A stretch of DNA of 64,000 nucleotides from Leucoraja ocellata (lineage: Eukaryota), in the NCBI GenBank assembly GCA_036785375.1, contig JAWMAR010000030.1, positions 1,984,001 through 2,048,000 on the forward strand, read 5' to 3'. A program made the translations under genes and the position numbers. The notes beneath the pieces are model-generated. The model did not search any database. It saw only the letters and a list, made by a program, of their open reading frames with translations, and was not told the DNA's origin. Positions 1 through 11,655 of the stretch are shown here, in pieces (the stretch's first letter is position 1; every line of letters starts with the position of its first letter).

Positions 1-1750
1 AAGCACAAATTTTTCAACGGAGAGGCAATATCTGCCCTTCGCTCCTGTAGTGGAGCTGCTCTGCATCTGAAGGATTTCTCCATCCTCTGGGGAAATTCTT
101 ATTGATGACTAAAATGATTCATGACTGGCCAGACAGATAAAAGCGTAATCCATGTAACGTGACCAAAGCTTTTAATGGACCTTTTAGAAGTGGCTTTCTG
201 TGCAAAAGCAGCATTTTGAGGAAAAATAAATAAATCCCTTCTTGATTCTCGTTTTGATTACACCTTACTATCCATCCAGTCCTGCTCTCCTGTGCAAGAG
301 ATACCAAGTTAAAATCCCTATTGTAAAGATTGACACTGACGTTAAAGATTCCTTGGAGCTATTTGAAGTGAGCATGAAGTTATTACAGTGTCGTCGCCAA
401 TTCCCCTCTCCCTGACACCATTTCCAAAAAGATCCAATAACTGACGTGTATTTCACTACTGATCCTGGCGACTTGCTGCGTGTGTTAGGCACCTACATTT
501 GTCTACATGAAAACCAATACATCCTTTATGTCATTAATTGCATGTGGTTTACAGAATATTGTCTGCCTTTAGAGAGAGGGCTTGTGTCAGCTTCTGGGTG
601 GTTTGCAATGCTGCATGGTCACAATCTCAAAGCAATGTGGGCACGTTTGCAAATTGATGCGACTATCCTATTCTATACTGAGCTCTATCTCATGGTCAGA
701 CTGTAAAATTGTGAAATTCACCCTGCTATCACAATGTACAAGAGTGAAGGTACAAGGAGCTCCAGTGATATGGAACTATTCACAGGAATATTTTTTTAAA
801 TATCCATATTTGTCAACAACTAGTTTACCCAAACAGAACAATGAACAGCGCTAATACTTAACACAATAACTGCATTGCCAATAAGATTATTGTATACATG
901 CATATGAGATTAATGTGAAGTATAATAAAAGGTCACCTTGAAGTGGTGGGTGGACCAGAGGGTTCATTTCTGTGCTGTCCAACTCTTTGATTCTATCCGC
1001 AGTCTGCTGCCTATTTGGGAAATTGCTACCTTAAAATTGGTCATTTTATCCCATTGCATGGAGACGAGGATAAGAAATATTGAAGTTCCAAAATGCAGAA
1101 ACCGAGATTGGGTGCGGGTACATCTATGAATCTACGCCGAGATGCTGTGAATACCACCAAAGGTAACTAAGACATTGAGGAAGACATACTGAATTGGTAC
1201 ATACACCTCAAATATATAATGGCAAGAGACTGCAGCAAGTTCACAAGTGCAATTAAAATAAATGATCAAGGCATTGTAATGTGTATGTGTATTGCACAGA
1301 CCACTTCGTAAGGAGATAAGATATTCATAAGGGCAATCTTTTCACATAAGGCCTGTTGTTGAAAGGCAATGTTGCTGAAAATAATGCATTACTCTGAAAA
1401 AGTGTTTGAGGAATAAGATGCACGTGGCCTTGTAGAGATGATGACTAATTTAACCACTGGCTAAAACCCTTAAGTAGTTGGCCAGGAAAGAGTGACCAGA
1501 GAGATGGGATTGGAATTGGTTCATGGTGTTCTCAGGACATCTAAGCCCAGTTGATCTGGTTAGACGTATCGGTGTACGTAGTAGCTTCCAAAGCAAACAT
1601 GCTTGATTGTTTGTACAACATTCTTCACATCTTTTTAAAGGGAAAAAATAAGGAGGTACGTCTACTAACCTTGAAGGAAACTGATATCTTAAGGTGGTGG
1701 GTTTCTACCATCTTAAGCATGCGTGTTACATGATTGTCTGCTGTGGTATT

Positions 1751-2015
1751 GCAGTGTCAGAGACTCGGGTTCGATTCAGACTACTGATACTGTCTGCATA
1801 GAGTTTGCACATTCTCCCCGTGACCGTGTGGGTTTTCCCCGGGTGCTCCAGATTCCTCCCACACTTCAAAAACGTACAGGTTTGTAGGTTAAGTGACTTC
1901 AGTAAATTGTTGCTAGTGTGTAGGATAGTGCTAGCGTACCGAGATGGCTGGTCGGCGTGGACTCGGTGGGCCAAAGGGCCTGTTTTCACGCTGTATCTCT
2001 AAACTAAACTAAACT
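1751..2015 (+). mobile_element. HE1-type (V-SINE) tRNA-derived SINE, 5'-truncated
   Basis: B-box-like GGTTCGATT, V-domain GGGTTTTCCCCGGGTGCTCC..TTCCTCCCACAC, CR1-like tail GGGCCAAAGGGCCTGTTT and (CTAAA)n end; matches other copies in the window. Confidence 0.88.
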
Positions 2016-2389
2016 ATCAGGGTGTGGAATAAGTGCCTCAACTGGCTTGCATATATACATAATTAAAAGATCTTTAGGCTACACTTGAAGCCATACTACA
2101 GAGTCTGATTATTCAATAGGAACTAACCAACACTTTGTTTTCCAACATGATCTATAGATTTAGCCAATTCAGTGCTGAAGTTCAGAAATTGATAACCCTT
2201 AATAGAATTGTGGTTTGTGTTTTCTTGAAGGAACAAAGCACATTATGTTTTCCCTGGAGATGCTGCATTGCTGTACACAACTCATATTTCCCAATATCTA
2301 ATTACGAGCTATTTCCGATAAAAACCTGTACACAGAGCCATCTTCTAGGGATACATGTTTAGAATTATTTGTAAGTTCTCTTCCAAGTC

Positions 2390-2580
2390 ACACAATATCC
2401 TGATTTGGAAATATATTTTTCCCTTCATTAGCATTAATTGAAAATTCTTAACTCCTTATCTATGCCCGACTGCATTGTGGAGGATATGCGACCTCAAGAA
2501 CTGCAACAGTTTAAAAAGGTAGTTCACCTCCCACTATGTTTTGGCTAAATAATACTGGTGTTATTGACGACACCATTTCA
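2390..2580 (+). mobile_element. Old CR1/L2-group LINE 3' end fragment
   Basis: Degenerate ATCCTGATTTGGAAATATA...AACTGCAACAGTTTAAAAAGGTAGTTCACCTCCCAC...TAAATAATACTGG; related reverse copies near 32695-32815 and 54280-54345. Confidence 0.5.
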
Positions 2581-2669
2581 TGCACAATCACGGGGATAAA
2601 AATAATGCAAAGTTGTACAAAAGTATAGTTTTCATGGAACCAGACATTAATGGTTGGCTGAGAAATTGG

Positions 2670-2748
2670 ATCAGATTCAGATTCAGATTCAGATTCAATT
2701 TTAATTGTCATTGTCAGTGTACAGTACAGAGACAACGAAATGCATTAC
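2670..2748 (-). mobile_element. LINE 3' tail (Rex1/Babar-like) ending in (TGAATC)n
   Basis: (AGATTC)4 followed by TTTAATTGTCATTGTCAGTGTACAG, i.e. ATTAAA plus a short tandem tail on the minus strand. Confidence 0.6.
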
Positions 2749-2929
2749 CTGAGGGAACTGGAGTTAAAATGATAAGAGGAAACAGCAAAACAAAAATCTG
2801 TATTGAACATAGATAAGCAACTGGACATTACTAACTGAGAGGAAGGAGGAAGTAATAATGTTCAAGGTAAATAGAAATAAATAAAATAAAAGGTTTAAAC
2901 AAGCATCCAAAAGGACGGAATGATAAGCT

Positions 2930-3030
2930 AAAATGCTTTTATACTAATGGAACAGGCATTACGATTAAACCGTTGGAATTAGCCAGCTACAATATTGACA
3001 TTATTGGCATTGCAGAAACATGGCTGGGAT
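2930..3030 (+). mobile_element. Decayed CR1 APE endonuclease N-terminal fragment
   Basis: Translates as ..YNIDIIGIAETWL, the typical D-I-I-G-I-x-E-T-W-L motif of LINE endonucleases. Confidence 0.6.
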
Positions 3031-3788
3031 CAGAGGGCAGTCAACAGATGGGACTAATGGAGCAGAGGATGATTTGTAAAGATGAAGCAGGATTGAGAAG
3101 TGGTAAAGTTAGAACAAGGTTTCACAGCTAAAGTAACCAGAAAATAAGAGCAGGAAGTAATTTGAGAGGAGCTGGAAAACAAGGACTGGCATTTACACAG
3201 CTCCCTGTTGTGTTTTTCAGTGTCACTGTGATACTAGTAGTAAAAAGGAAACAATTTGGTACATCAAGATCCAAGATGACCAATATGATTATACATCATC
3301 ACACAGAATATACAGCCACCAGTACGTACTGTCATTTGTATTCTTCTAAAGCGTCCTCTTAACATTCCTTATCTAACTCCATCGACCATTCTTCCTAATC
3401 CTATCCTCCCTAATATCCTGCTGTACCTTCCCCTCAAACATATATCTATACTATTTCAACCTCGCTACTGTTAGTAGTCCCACATTTAAACCACTCTCTG
3501 CTTAAAGATCTGCCACCTGAATTATTTTTATTTCTTTGAAGAATGTCTTGCACTGATGCCCTCTGGTTTTGCTCTTGCCAAGAAGTGAAATAACATTCTA
3601 TGTTTGCATTCTATACAAATCTATTGTGATTTTAAAATGAATGATAAGTATTTTTAATGTTTGTTACTATTAGCTAATAAGATTGTGCGGGCCTTTTGGT
3701 GGGGATATAAACTATTCTTTATTGAATGGTTGCTCATTTGAGGTTGTACATTTTGTAATTAAATTGTAATTTTGTAGTTTTAATTTGC

Positions 3789-4107
3789 TTTAGAGATACA
3801 GAGCGGAAACAGGCCTGTCGGCCAACCAAGTCCGCACTGACCAGCGATCCCTGTACATTAACACTATCCTTCACACAATTCCTTTTTATCCTAGGGATGA
3901 TTTATCTTTTATACCAAGCCAATTAACCTACAAACCTGTATGTCTTTGGAGTGTGGGAGGAAACTGAAGTTCTCGGAGAAAAGCAACGTGGTCACGGGGA
4001 GAATGTACAAACTCCGTACAGACAGCAGTAGTCAGGATCGAACCCACGTTTCTGGCACTGAAAGTGCTGTCAGGCAGCAACTCAACTGCTGTGTCACCGT
4101 GCCACCC
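3789..4107 (-). mobile_element. HE1-type SINE, near full length
   Basis: Reverse complement has the tRNA-like head GGGTGGCACGGTGACACAGCAG..GGGTTCGATCC, the V-domain and the CR1-like tail. Confidence 0.9.
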
Positions 4108-4499
4108 ATTTAGACTGTTAAAGACTGTTAATGGTCAGTACTGGATTGTAAGCACATTGAAGAAAGTTAAGACCATTGACATAATATTGGCATAGCATGG
4201 CAATTGCTATTGGTCATTGGTTCAAGTGGACAATGATCAGCGAATCATTCAAGATATTGAAAAAAATTAGGAAACAAAATCATTTAAATTCCCTGGAGCG
4301 TCAAGGGAATAAAACAAAAGCTTTGTTGTGGACAGATACCAGAGGCTGAATATCCTCCACTCTGTTATATCACTCCATGATTTTCGATCTATTAATTCAA
4401 AAAAGGAACTTAAATCTGGTGTTGAAATAAAATAGTTCAATGATAGGAAAAAGGATATCAAAGACTTTTGTCAGAATGAGACAGTTACATGTCCTGGTG

Positions 4500-5080
4500 G
4501 GATTTCATTAATCTGATGCTGCCTAACCCTTCTGAATATTTTCTATCAGCAGAATTTATCTATTTCAATACAAATAGAGAACGCTAGTTGGCTAAAACTG
4601 TTGAATTTATTATTGATTTCCGAAGGCTGCAATGTTCTGAGATGGAAGGTGAGGAGCAATTCCTCAGGCTTATGATCAGCCTCATTGGAAGGCACAGGAA
4701 ACTGCAGTCTGATGGGTGAAGGGGGGGGATGTGATTGAGAATCACAATGGCAGACACTGGAACCTCAGGGTCACCCTTACATCTCTGACCAGCGTTTCAC
4801 AGCTTTTCATGTTGCTTTGTTTGCTATCTCCCATTCTAATTGCCCTCATTCACCTATAAATCAGCAGCTATGACTTCATTGTGGCAATCTTGCCCTTATT
4901 CTATCACAGGTATTTCCATTTGTCCTATCCATCCTTCCCTCACCCACACTACCTTGTTTTCTCTCCCAGTTCCAATGAAGGATTTGCTCTGTTTCTCTCT
5001 CCAAAGATGCGTCTGACCATCTGGGCATGTATTCAATTTTCAATTTTTATTGCCGATTTCCATCACCTGCAGTTTTGTGA
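4500..5080. mobile_element. Old Penelope-like element remnants (GIY-YIG C-terminus on minus strand, terminal-repeat sequence on plus strand)
   Basis: Minus strand about 4590-4650 reads ..FHLRTLQPSEINNKFNSF, a degenerate version of RLGSLHPSGMNIDFSNF at 34029-34085; 4970-5080 resembles the hammerhead-family terminal repeat. Confidence 0.55.
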
Positions 5081-5262
5081 TATTTATCAACTGAAATACT
5101 CAACAGTTCTTTTAACCCAAAACTATAATATATTTATTATAAATGTTAACATATCTAAGACAGAGCGTTTGGCAGGTTTGCAGATGACACGAAAGTAAGT
5201 AGATTCTAGATTCATAAACAGTGAAGCTTAATATCAAAAATTACAGTAGGCTCATGATCTGC

Positions 5263-5620
5263 AACAGAATTCTGAAAATAAATGGTTTCAGGACCTGGTG
5301 AGGGGTGAGGAAAAATACGAAGTTGGTATATCCCTTTTATCTTTTTTTTTAACTTTTAATATATCTTCTGTTTTCTTTTTCTCTTTTTCTTTTTCTATGG
5401 CTTACTTCTTAACTCTTCTTCGAATTGTTCTTGTCTAAGGGTCTCTTTTGATCACTCTTGCACACACTTACTATCCCATTTCACTCTCTTTACTTTTCTT
5501 CTTTTTTTAAATTTAAAATATGAAGTGGTACAGGAAATGTATTATGTTATTTTTGGCTTATATTATTGTAATGTGCACTACTTCTAATAAATAAAATTAT
5601 AAAAAGATAAAAATAAATAA
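5263..5620 (+). mobile_element. Retroposed 3' end (L1/Tx1-like) with A-rich tail and 43-bp flanking direct repeat
   Basis: T-rich UTR-like body, AATAAA and A-rich tail; 5220-5262 and 5621-5663 match at 42/43 positions. Confidence 0.7.
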
Positions 5621-5896
5621 AGTGAAGCTTATTATCAAAAATTACAGTAGGCTCATGATCTGCTGGGCAAGTGGGCTGAGCAACGACTGATGCAGAAAAA
5701 CACGAGGTATTACTTTTTGAGAAGTCAAACTAGGGCAGGACCTTCACCGTTCATGGTAGGACCCTTGGGGATATTGTAGAGCAGATGGGTCTAGGAATGT
5801 GGGTACATCGTTTCCTGCAAGTGGTATCACAGGTTGATAGGGTGGTGCAAAAGGCTTTTGGTACATTGGCCTTCATCAGTCAGGATATTGAGTTTA

Positions 5897-6085
5897 GAAG
5901 GTAGACAAAAGTGCTGGAGAAACTCAGCAGGTGCAGCAGTATCTATGGAGCGAAGGAAATAGGCAACGTTTCGTCCCGAAACGTTGCCTATTTCCTTCGC
6001 ACCATAGATGCTGCTGCACCCGCTGAGTTTCTCCAGCACTTTTGTCTACCTTCGATATTCCGACATCTGCAGTTCCTTCTTAAAC
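5897..6085. mobile_element. Palindromic Penelope-terminal-repeat-derived element
   Basis: Inverted arms 5897-5973 and 5977-6053; flanking duplication ATATTGAGTTTAGAAG (5885-5900) vs ATAATGAATTTAGAAG (6086-6101). Confidence 0.85.
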
Positions 6086-6358
6086 ATAATGAATTTAGAA
6101 GTTAGGACGTTCTGTTACAGTTGTACAAGACGTTGGAGTGAAGCCGCATTTGGAGTATTGTGTTCAAAATTATGAGTGGATAAGATAGGATGAATGCACA
6201 GAGTCTTTCACCCAGGGCAGGGGAATCAAAAACCAGAGGATACAGACTTAAGATGAGAGGGGAAAGATTTAATAGGAACTCGAGGGGTATCTTATTCCAC
6301 TCAGAGGGGGGTGGGTATTTGGAACAAGCTGCCAGAGGAGACGGCTGAGGCAGGTACT

Positions 6359-6468
6359 ATAGAAACATAGAAAATAGGTGCAGGAGTAGGCCATTCGGCC
6401 CTTCGAGCCTGCACCATCATTCAATATGATCATGGCTGATCATCCAACTCAGTATCCTGTACCTGCCT
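6359..6468 (-). mobile_element. Young CR1 3' terminal fragment nested in an older CR1
   Basis: ATAGAAACATAGAAAATAGGTGCAGGAGTAGGCCATTCGGCCCTTCGAGCC is the reverse complement of the tail at about 49985-50094. Confidence 0.85.
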
Positions 6469-6779
6469 ACAACAGCCTATAAATGCTATAACAGCATTTA
6501 AAAGACACTTGGACAGGTACATGGATAGGAAAGGTTTAGAGGAATAAAGGGTCAAATGGCACTAGTTTAGATGAAGCAATTAAGAGGTTAGGCTGAAGGG
6601 CCTGTTTCTGTGCTCTATGACTGTATGACAGAGGGCGACAGCTTTTTAAGCAAACAGTTATTACCATTAATACAATTTTGAGACCCATGTTATTTGTATT
6701 CAGGATAATATGATGGTTATTGACATCTTAAACACTGCTCCTTTGACCAGCTCGTCTCTCAGTTTTAATGATTAATGCA

Positions 6780-6975
6780 TAAAATAGAAAATGCCGGGAG
6801 ACCACTGCTGAGCAATAAGCAACTGCAAAGTGGAAAGAGTAGATTCATGTTTTGGATGTATACCTTCCATTAGAAAGGAAAAGGAGATTTGACAAAGAGC
6901 TTCCTGAAATATTAAGCTGACTTATCTCTTTGCAGATACTGACAGATCTGCTCCGTGTTTCCAGCATTTCTTCCA
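6780..6975. mobile_element. Old palindromic member of the Penelope-terminal-repeat family
   Basis: Degenerate left arm AAATGCCGGGAG..GTGGAAAGAG and right arm TCTCTTTGCAGATACTGACAGATCTGCT..TTTCCAGCATTT. Confidence 0.5.
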
Positions 6976-6987
6976 TTATAGTCATGT

Positions 6988-6989
<2 letters not shown>

Positions 6990-7021
<32 letters not shown>
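6990..7021. repeat. (CT)n microsatellite
   Basis: About 15 perfect CT units. Confidence 0.97.
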
Positions 7022-7023
<2 letters not shown>

Positions 7024-7711
7024 TGCTTGTACCATTTTAAACTGCACCCATCAGATTTGCAAAGGGTCAGTCAGCAAAGTATCAGAGGGTGGGCTGCAAG
7101 ACGCTATCTTTCAGGGGACAAATTTATACAATCGGAACTGACTGACGTGTCTGCAGAGAAGACAAAGGCTTTTGGCTTGAAGGAAGAATTCTGATTAACC
7201 TTAAAACCAGGGATGGAAGTCATGATGTCATGTTCTTCCGATCAGCTTGCTGTCTGCCTCATGATTTATCTGAGTGTTGTCAGTCACAGGATATTCAAAA
7301 GGAAGCCCAACAGCAATTAAGAAAATCAATAGGAGAAGTTTGTGTCGCAGACCACCGTCAGTCTGAGTCCCACCATTCAAAATGCAACTCAGTGAGATTA
7401 AAGGATACAGTTGGAATTTGAGAATTAAGCAAACTGAGGATGAAAATTATTATTTCATGATGTTCCATATTTCAATGATTCATTCGATTCTCCATTGTAA
7501 TGTAGCCCTTATCCAGAAGCTGGAAGAACCTGCACTCCAACTTCAAAACAGATCTGGCCATACATTTCTTGGATGTATATCTGATACTGAATATGTGGAT
7601 GAGGTAAATCCTGCACATTGCATTGAAGTGTGAGTGAAATCAAGGAGCATCTGCAATATGTGGAACCTTCCCTGAGCTCTGATCATCTGAAGTACATTTC
7701 AGGTCATGAAA

Positions 7712-8002
7712 GGCGGCATGGTGGCATGGTAATAGAATTGCTGCCTTACAGCGCCAGAGATTTGGGTTTGATCCCGACTACGTCTGTACGGAGTTTGTCC
7801 GTTTTCCCCGTGATCGCCTGGGTTTTCCCCGGGTGCTCCGGTTTCCTCCCACACTCCAAAGGTGTACAGGTTTGTAGATTAATTGGCTTCAGTAAAAATT
7901 GTAAATTGTCCCTAGTGTGTAGGACAGTGTGGTATCGCTAGTCGTTGCAGACTTAGTGGGCCGAAGCCCTGTTTCCGTGCTGTATCTCTAAACTAAACTA
8001 AA
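7712..8002 (+). mobile_element. HE1-type SINE, full length
   Basis: GGCGGCATGGTGG head, V-domain GGGTTTTCCCCGGGTGCTCCGGTTTCCTCCCACACTCCAAA, (CTAAA)n tail. Confidence 0.92.
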
Positions 8003-9499
8003 AAAACATAGTCACTGACATAGTAAATGCACCAACCAATGCAAGGACTGAAAATCTGCTGAGGTTCATCAGAGCCAGAAATAATCCCGAATAATTTCCA
8101 ATACCCTCATAGCAATTGCACTGTCAGACATATTTTCGCGCCCTGGTTTGTTCCTCCATCTGGACTAATCTCCCCTTCTCATGTGGATTTTGCATTTAGT
8201 CTCTAACAACAGCACTGGGTGCAACCTTGAATTCTTAAGAAGCCTCACTGGTGCATCCTAAAGGATGTCAATCCTTTAAATGACTAAAGGATGTCAAGCC
8301 TTCCTCTTTCTTCAGCACCGTACCTCAATCTAAAGAGCAGGGAAAGAGAACATTGTTCCAGACAAAATGTTCCTTCCATCCAGGATTCCTCAATTTAATT
8401 AAAACCCTGCCTAGTCTAAGGAAATTCTTCCTTGTACTCTTTAATATCCCAATGTTGAATTCACTCATGCCTCACTGCCTGTATACTCCAATATCTCAAC
8501 ATGTATTTGCACTCTTCCCTCACTCTCTCCATCCTTTTATACCTCACCCAGTCTCCCTGCTTTCCTAAACCCTTTAATAGCCCACCTTTACCAAGCGCGA
8601 TATGAAAGAATATCAAATAGAAATCACTCTTCTGAAGCACTTGTTATTGTCAGGCACTTAACATATTCACATAAAATTATACAGTCACAGAGAAAAAAAA
8701 ATTAATATTATTTCGAGTTTCCACTGGATCCGTCGCACATTATACTTCCCCCCATCAATTCCCTGCCAGGGCACAGAGCTTTCTCTTTCCTATGTAAGGC
8801 TCTCCTGGGAATAAGTCCTTCTTAATTGAAACAGACCCTCATAAAAAAATCACCAGCTGGTTTTGTTGCCAAATCCTCATAAATAACCCGAGTTTCAAGA
8901 AAGCAGACAAGCCAATTAACACAATGCACAGTTTTGTGGAGCAAGGCAACACTTAGACAGCACAGAGCAACCAGACGTGACCATATAGCCAAACAACGAT
9001 ACAGCATAGATAAGGTACCAGAAATTAACCTCGGTTTGTTCTTCATAATGTAAAGGAAGGTTAGGATTCACAGTTGTACCTGTTTTGTAGGCATCTGTTC
9101 AGAACTGATGGGTGCAATTGGGCTGAGCTTGGTGTACATTGCCTGGCTCTGATTGAGGTTCATTGGCCAGGAGACTTCTCTGTGCAGGTGTGCCTGTACA
9201 CAAAGCTCCCTTTCCCAGCCAGTAAACCTTCAAAACCTGCGAGTTCAGGGGTGGGAGAGCCCATATTCCCATCGCAATTAAACAGATTTCAGGCACGTTA
9301 TTCAATGTGTCAAGAAGGCCCAAGGAATCCCAGAGCAGGCTTTAAAATTGGTTTGGAACCGCAGTGCGTACTTGGACCTTAAAAGCAATCAGATGTGTGC
9401 AGGCCAGAGATTTGGATAATGAACTGGTTCTGTGCAGAAGTGTGCTTAGATCATGCATCTACTGGGAGTTATCCTACGCTGAAATCATCTGGACTATGC

Positions 9500-9720
9500 T
9501 GGGCACTTATTAACACTTTGGGTGAGATCTTAAACCAAAACCTAGCAGCTCATTCAAGGAGATGTTAAATATCCCAGACTATCATCAAAGAGAGTGAGAG
9601 CTATCCTAATAAATGCTCCCCTCAGGCAGTGGCAGCAACTAAAATAACCCTGCATTTTATTCCTGTTACTGGGATTTGTGGAAATTGGCAGCAGAGCTTG
9701 CCACTCTTCATGGAAGAGCT
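9500..9720 (+). mobile_element. Old Deu-domain SINE (SacSINE1-like) fragment
   Basis: GGGTGAGATCTTAAACCAAAACC..GATGTTAAATATCCCA..GAAATTGGCAGC resembles the Deu core. Confidence 0.45.
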
Positions 9721-10019
9721 GGGTTAAGTCAACAAAAAGGGTCCAATTGAATATCTGGAAGACCGCAGAGAGTATTTCTTCCTGTGGCACTGAAAGGACA
9801 GATTAAACCATGAGCTCAGATCAGTGTGCACATGAAGCTTGTATAGTGGCACATTGAGAGTTCAAGCTCCTAGACAATAATTCCTTCTCTGAAGTGTATG
9901 AGAGGACAGGCCACTGAACAATGGTTCTTCACCAATGTGCAATTGTGCACAATGCAACACTCAGCATGACCAGACAACCCACTCCCCCTTTACCCCAACT
10001 ACTGCCCCAATGATCAATA

Positions 10020-10340
10020 TCCACACACAACTGTGGAAAAGTGGGAGCCAACTTTCAATAGACAGATGCATCATTGACAAAACCCACCATTGCATCAGCA
10101 ATTAGCCTTCTGGAAAAGGAATTGCACAATGACCAACACCTCAGAAGTGGGAAGAAGCTTATAGTCTGTAGAGCAGCTGGAATACCCAGCTTTCTGTACA
10201 CTTTGGAAACATGAATAATCTGGACACCTTAAGGCATGGGAAAATTACCTCCCATGCTGTCTTTGCAAGATCCTCTCTATCCATCAGCAGGATAGGTACA
10301 CCAGAGTCCTTGCCCAGCCCAATGGCCCCAGCAACATGAA
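10020..10340 (+). mobile_element. Decayed RTE-clade LINE RT fragment
   Basis: Reads KKLIVCRAAGIPSFLYTLET* and later CCLCKILSIHQQDR, matching the RTE motifs K..VYRA.V...LLYG.ETW and CLRKIL.I.WQDR. Confidence 0.65.
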
Positions 10341-10681
10341 CCTGATCAACTTTACAGCAGTATGGAGCTAGTGAAATGGGATTCAGGGGACTGCATTAGC
10401 GATTCCCTGCTGAGCCGGGCTGCAAAGATTAATTCAATTAACTATAACTGAATTAATGTATGCAGAGAAAAAAAAAGTATCTGTAATGGTGACAGCAAAA
10501 GGACTACAAATTCCTAAAAATTCAAACAGTTCACTGACTGCCTTTATGAAAGAAATTCTACTGGCCACACAAGTTTGGCCTATCTGAGACTCAGAACCTA
10601 CTAGCATGGTTCATTCTTTCCATTGGTTAACATGGCCCTGAAAATCATTCAATTCAAAGGACAAATGGCAATGTAGAACTT

Positions 10682-10782
10682 CAGTTTGAAGAAGGGTCTC
10701 GACCTGAAACGTCACCCCAATCCTTTTCTCCAGGGATGCTGTCTGACCCGCTGAGTTACTCCAGCTCGATGTGTCTATCTTT
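10682..10782 (+). mobile_element. Hammerhead-family short element (core slightly mutated)
   Basis: TCAGTTTGAAGAAGGGTCTCGACCTGAAACGTCACC..GCTGAGTTACTCCAGC. Confidence 0.8.
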
Positions 10783-11505
10783 ACTTGTGACACCCATGTA
10801 TAAAATGATACAATCCATGTATTTGATTGCTCTAAAATGATTCTCAATAATTAGCCTAAACACACACAATGGCCTTGTCGATAATGAGTCAAGATAATGA
10901 CAAAGTACATGATGCTTGGAGGGGAACAATGGAAAAAGACATTTATCCTTCCATAAGCACTTATGCTTTAGAAATCTGGTATTCATTTGAACAAGGGTCC
11001 AGTCAAGGGGTTTGGTTTTGAACAAAATGATCCATAAATTTGTTTGCAGATTAAAATTGTAGCTGTAGAATCCCTGGCCAAAGGAAACTCTCTGCTCCTT
11101 CAGTGCCTTTGGCTTAGGAAGAACAGGTGCAAATTAAAATCAAAGCAATTGCTTTTTTCGCAAGGTGAAGTGAAAGGAGAAATTGGGTAATAACTTTAGG
11201 ACTGGACAAGAAAGATCCGAACACCTGCTGGGAAATGTCAACACTTGAAAATCATCTGCTAAGAGACCTCGGATTCATCCATCTTCCACAAGCAAGCTAG
11301 AAGGTTTATGTCAGCTGCAGGTGATCACTATTTAAACTGCTAATAATTTACAATGTACACAGGCAAATAAACTGGCATTAGGAGTGCAAGCGCATTTGGA
11401 TTCAATGCGCATAGCACACAACAATAGATAGTTGTCATTAAAAAAATCCATTCTTTGATTAATCTGAAGAATAGCCTCCAATTTGGCACCAGATATTACA
11501 CTGGT

Positions 11506-11655
11506 ATAGACACAAAATGCTCAGTATTCAGAAGGGTCTCAACCCAAAACATCACCCAGTCCTTCTCTCCAGAGACTCTACCTGTCCCACTGTGGTACTC
11601 CAGCACTTTGTGTCCATCTTCAGTTTAAACCAGCATCTGCAGTTCCTTCCTACAC
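11506..11655 (+). mobile_element. Hammerhead-family short element with a short inverted 5' arm
   Basis: TAGACACAAAATGC inverted arm, then AGAAGGGTCTCAACCCAAAACATCACC..CCAGCATCTGCAGTTCCTTCCTACAC; flanks ATTACACTGG / ATTGCACTGG. Confidence 0.8.

Larger units (their letters stand above)
5175..6630 (+). mobile_element. CR1 (HER1-like) LINE RT-to-3' fragment interrupted by three nested insertions
   Basis: FADDTKV motif near 5177; continues through GGCCTTCATCAGTCAGG..TTGTACAAGACGTTGG..GCCGCATTTGGAGTATTGTG to the tail GGCTGAAGGGCCTGTTTCTGTGCTCTATGACTGTATGAC. Confidence 0.88.

Noticed and set aside
5827-6105. Near-identical ORFs on opposite strands (MLEKLS..)
   Set aside because: A by-product of the DNA palindrome, not a gene pair
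7505-7602. Possible plus-strand exon (AG|CCCTTATCC..GAG|GTAAAT)
   Set aside because: Splice-like ends are present but there is no recognisable protein or partner exon, so it cannot be supported
7712-7790. tRNA gene
   Set aside because: It is the tRNA-derived head of an HE1 SINE and runs straight into the V-domain; the same holds for the other copies
8258-8302. Short direct duplications (also near 4112, 20921, 26634 and 52580)
   Set aside because: Ordinary slippage-type micro-duplications with no further structure
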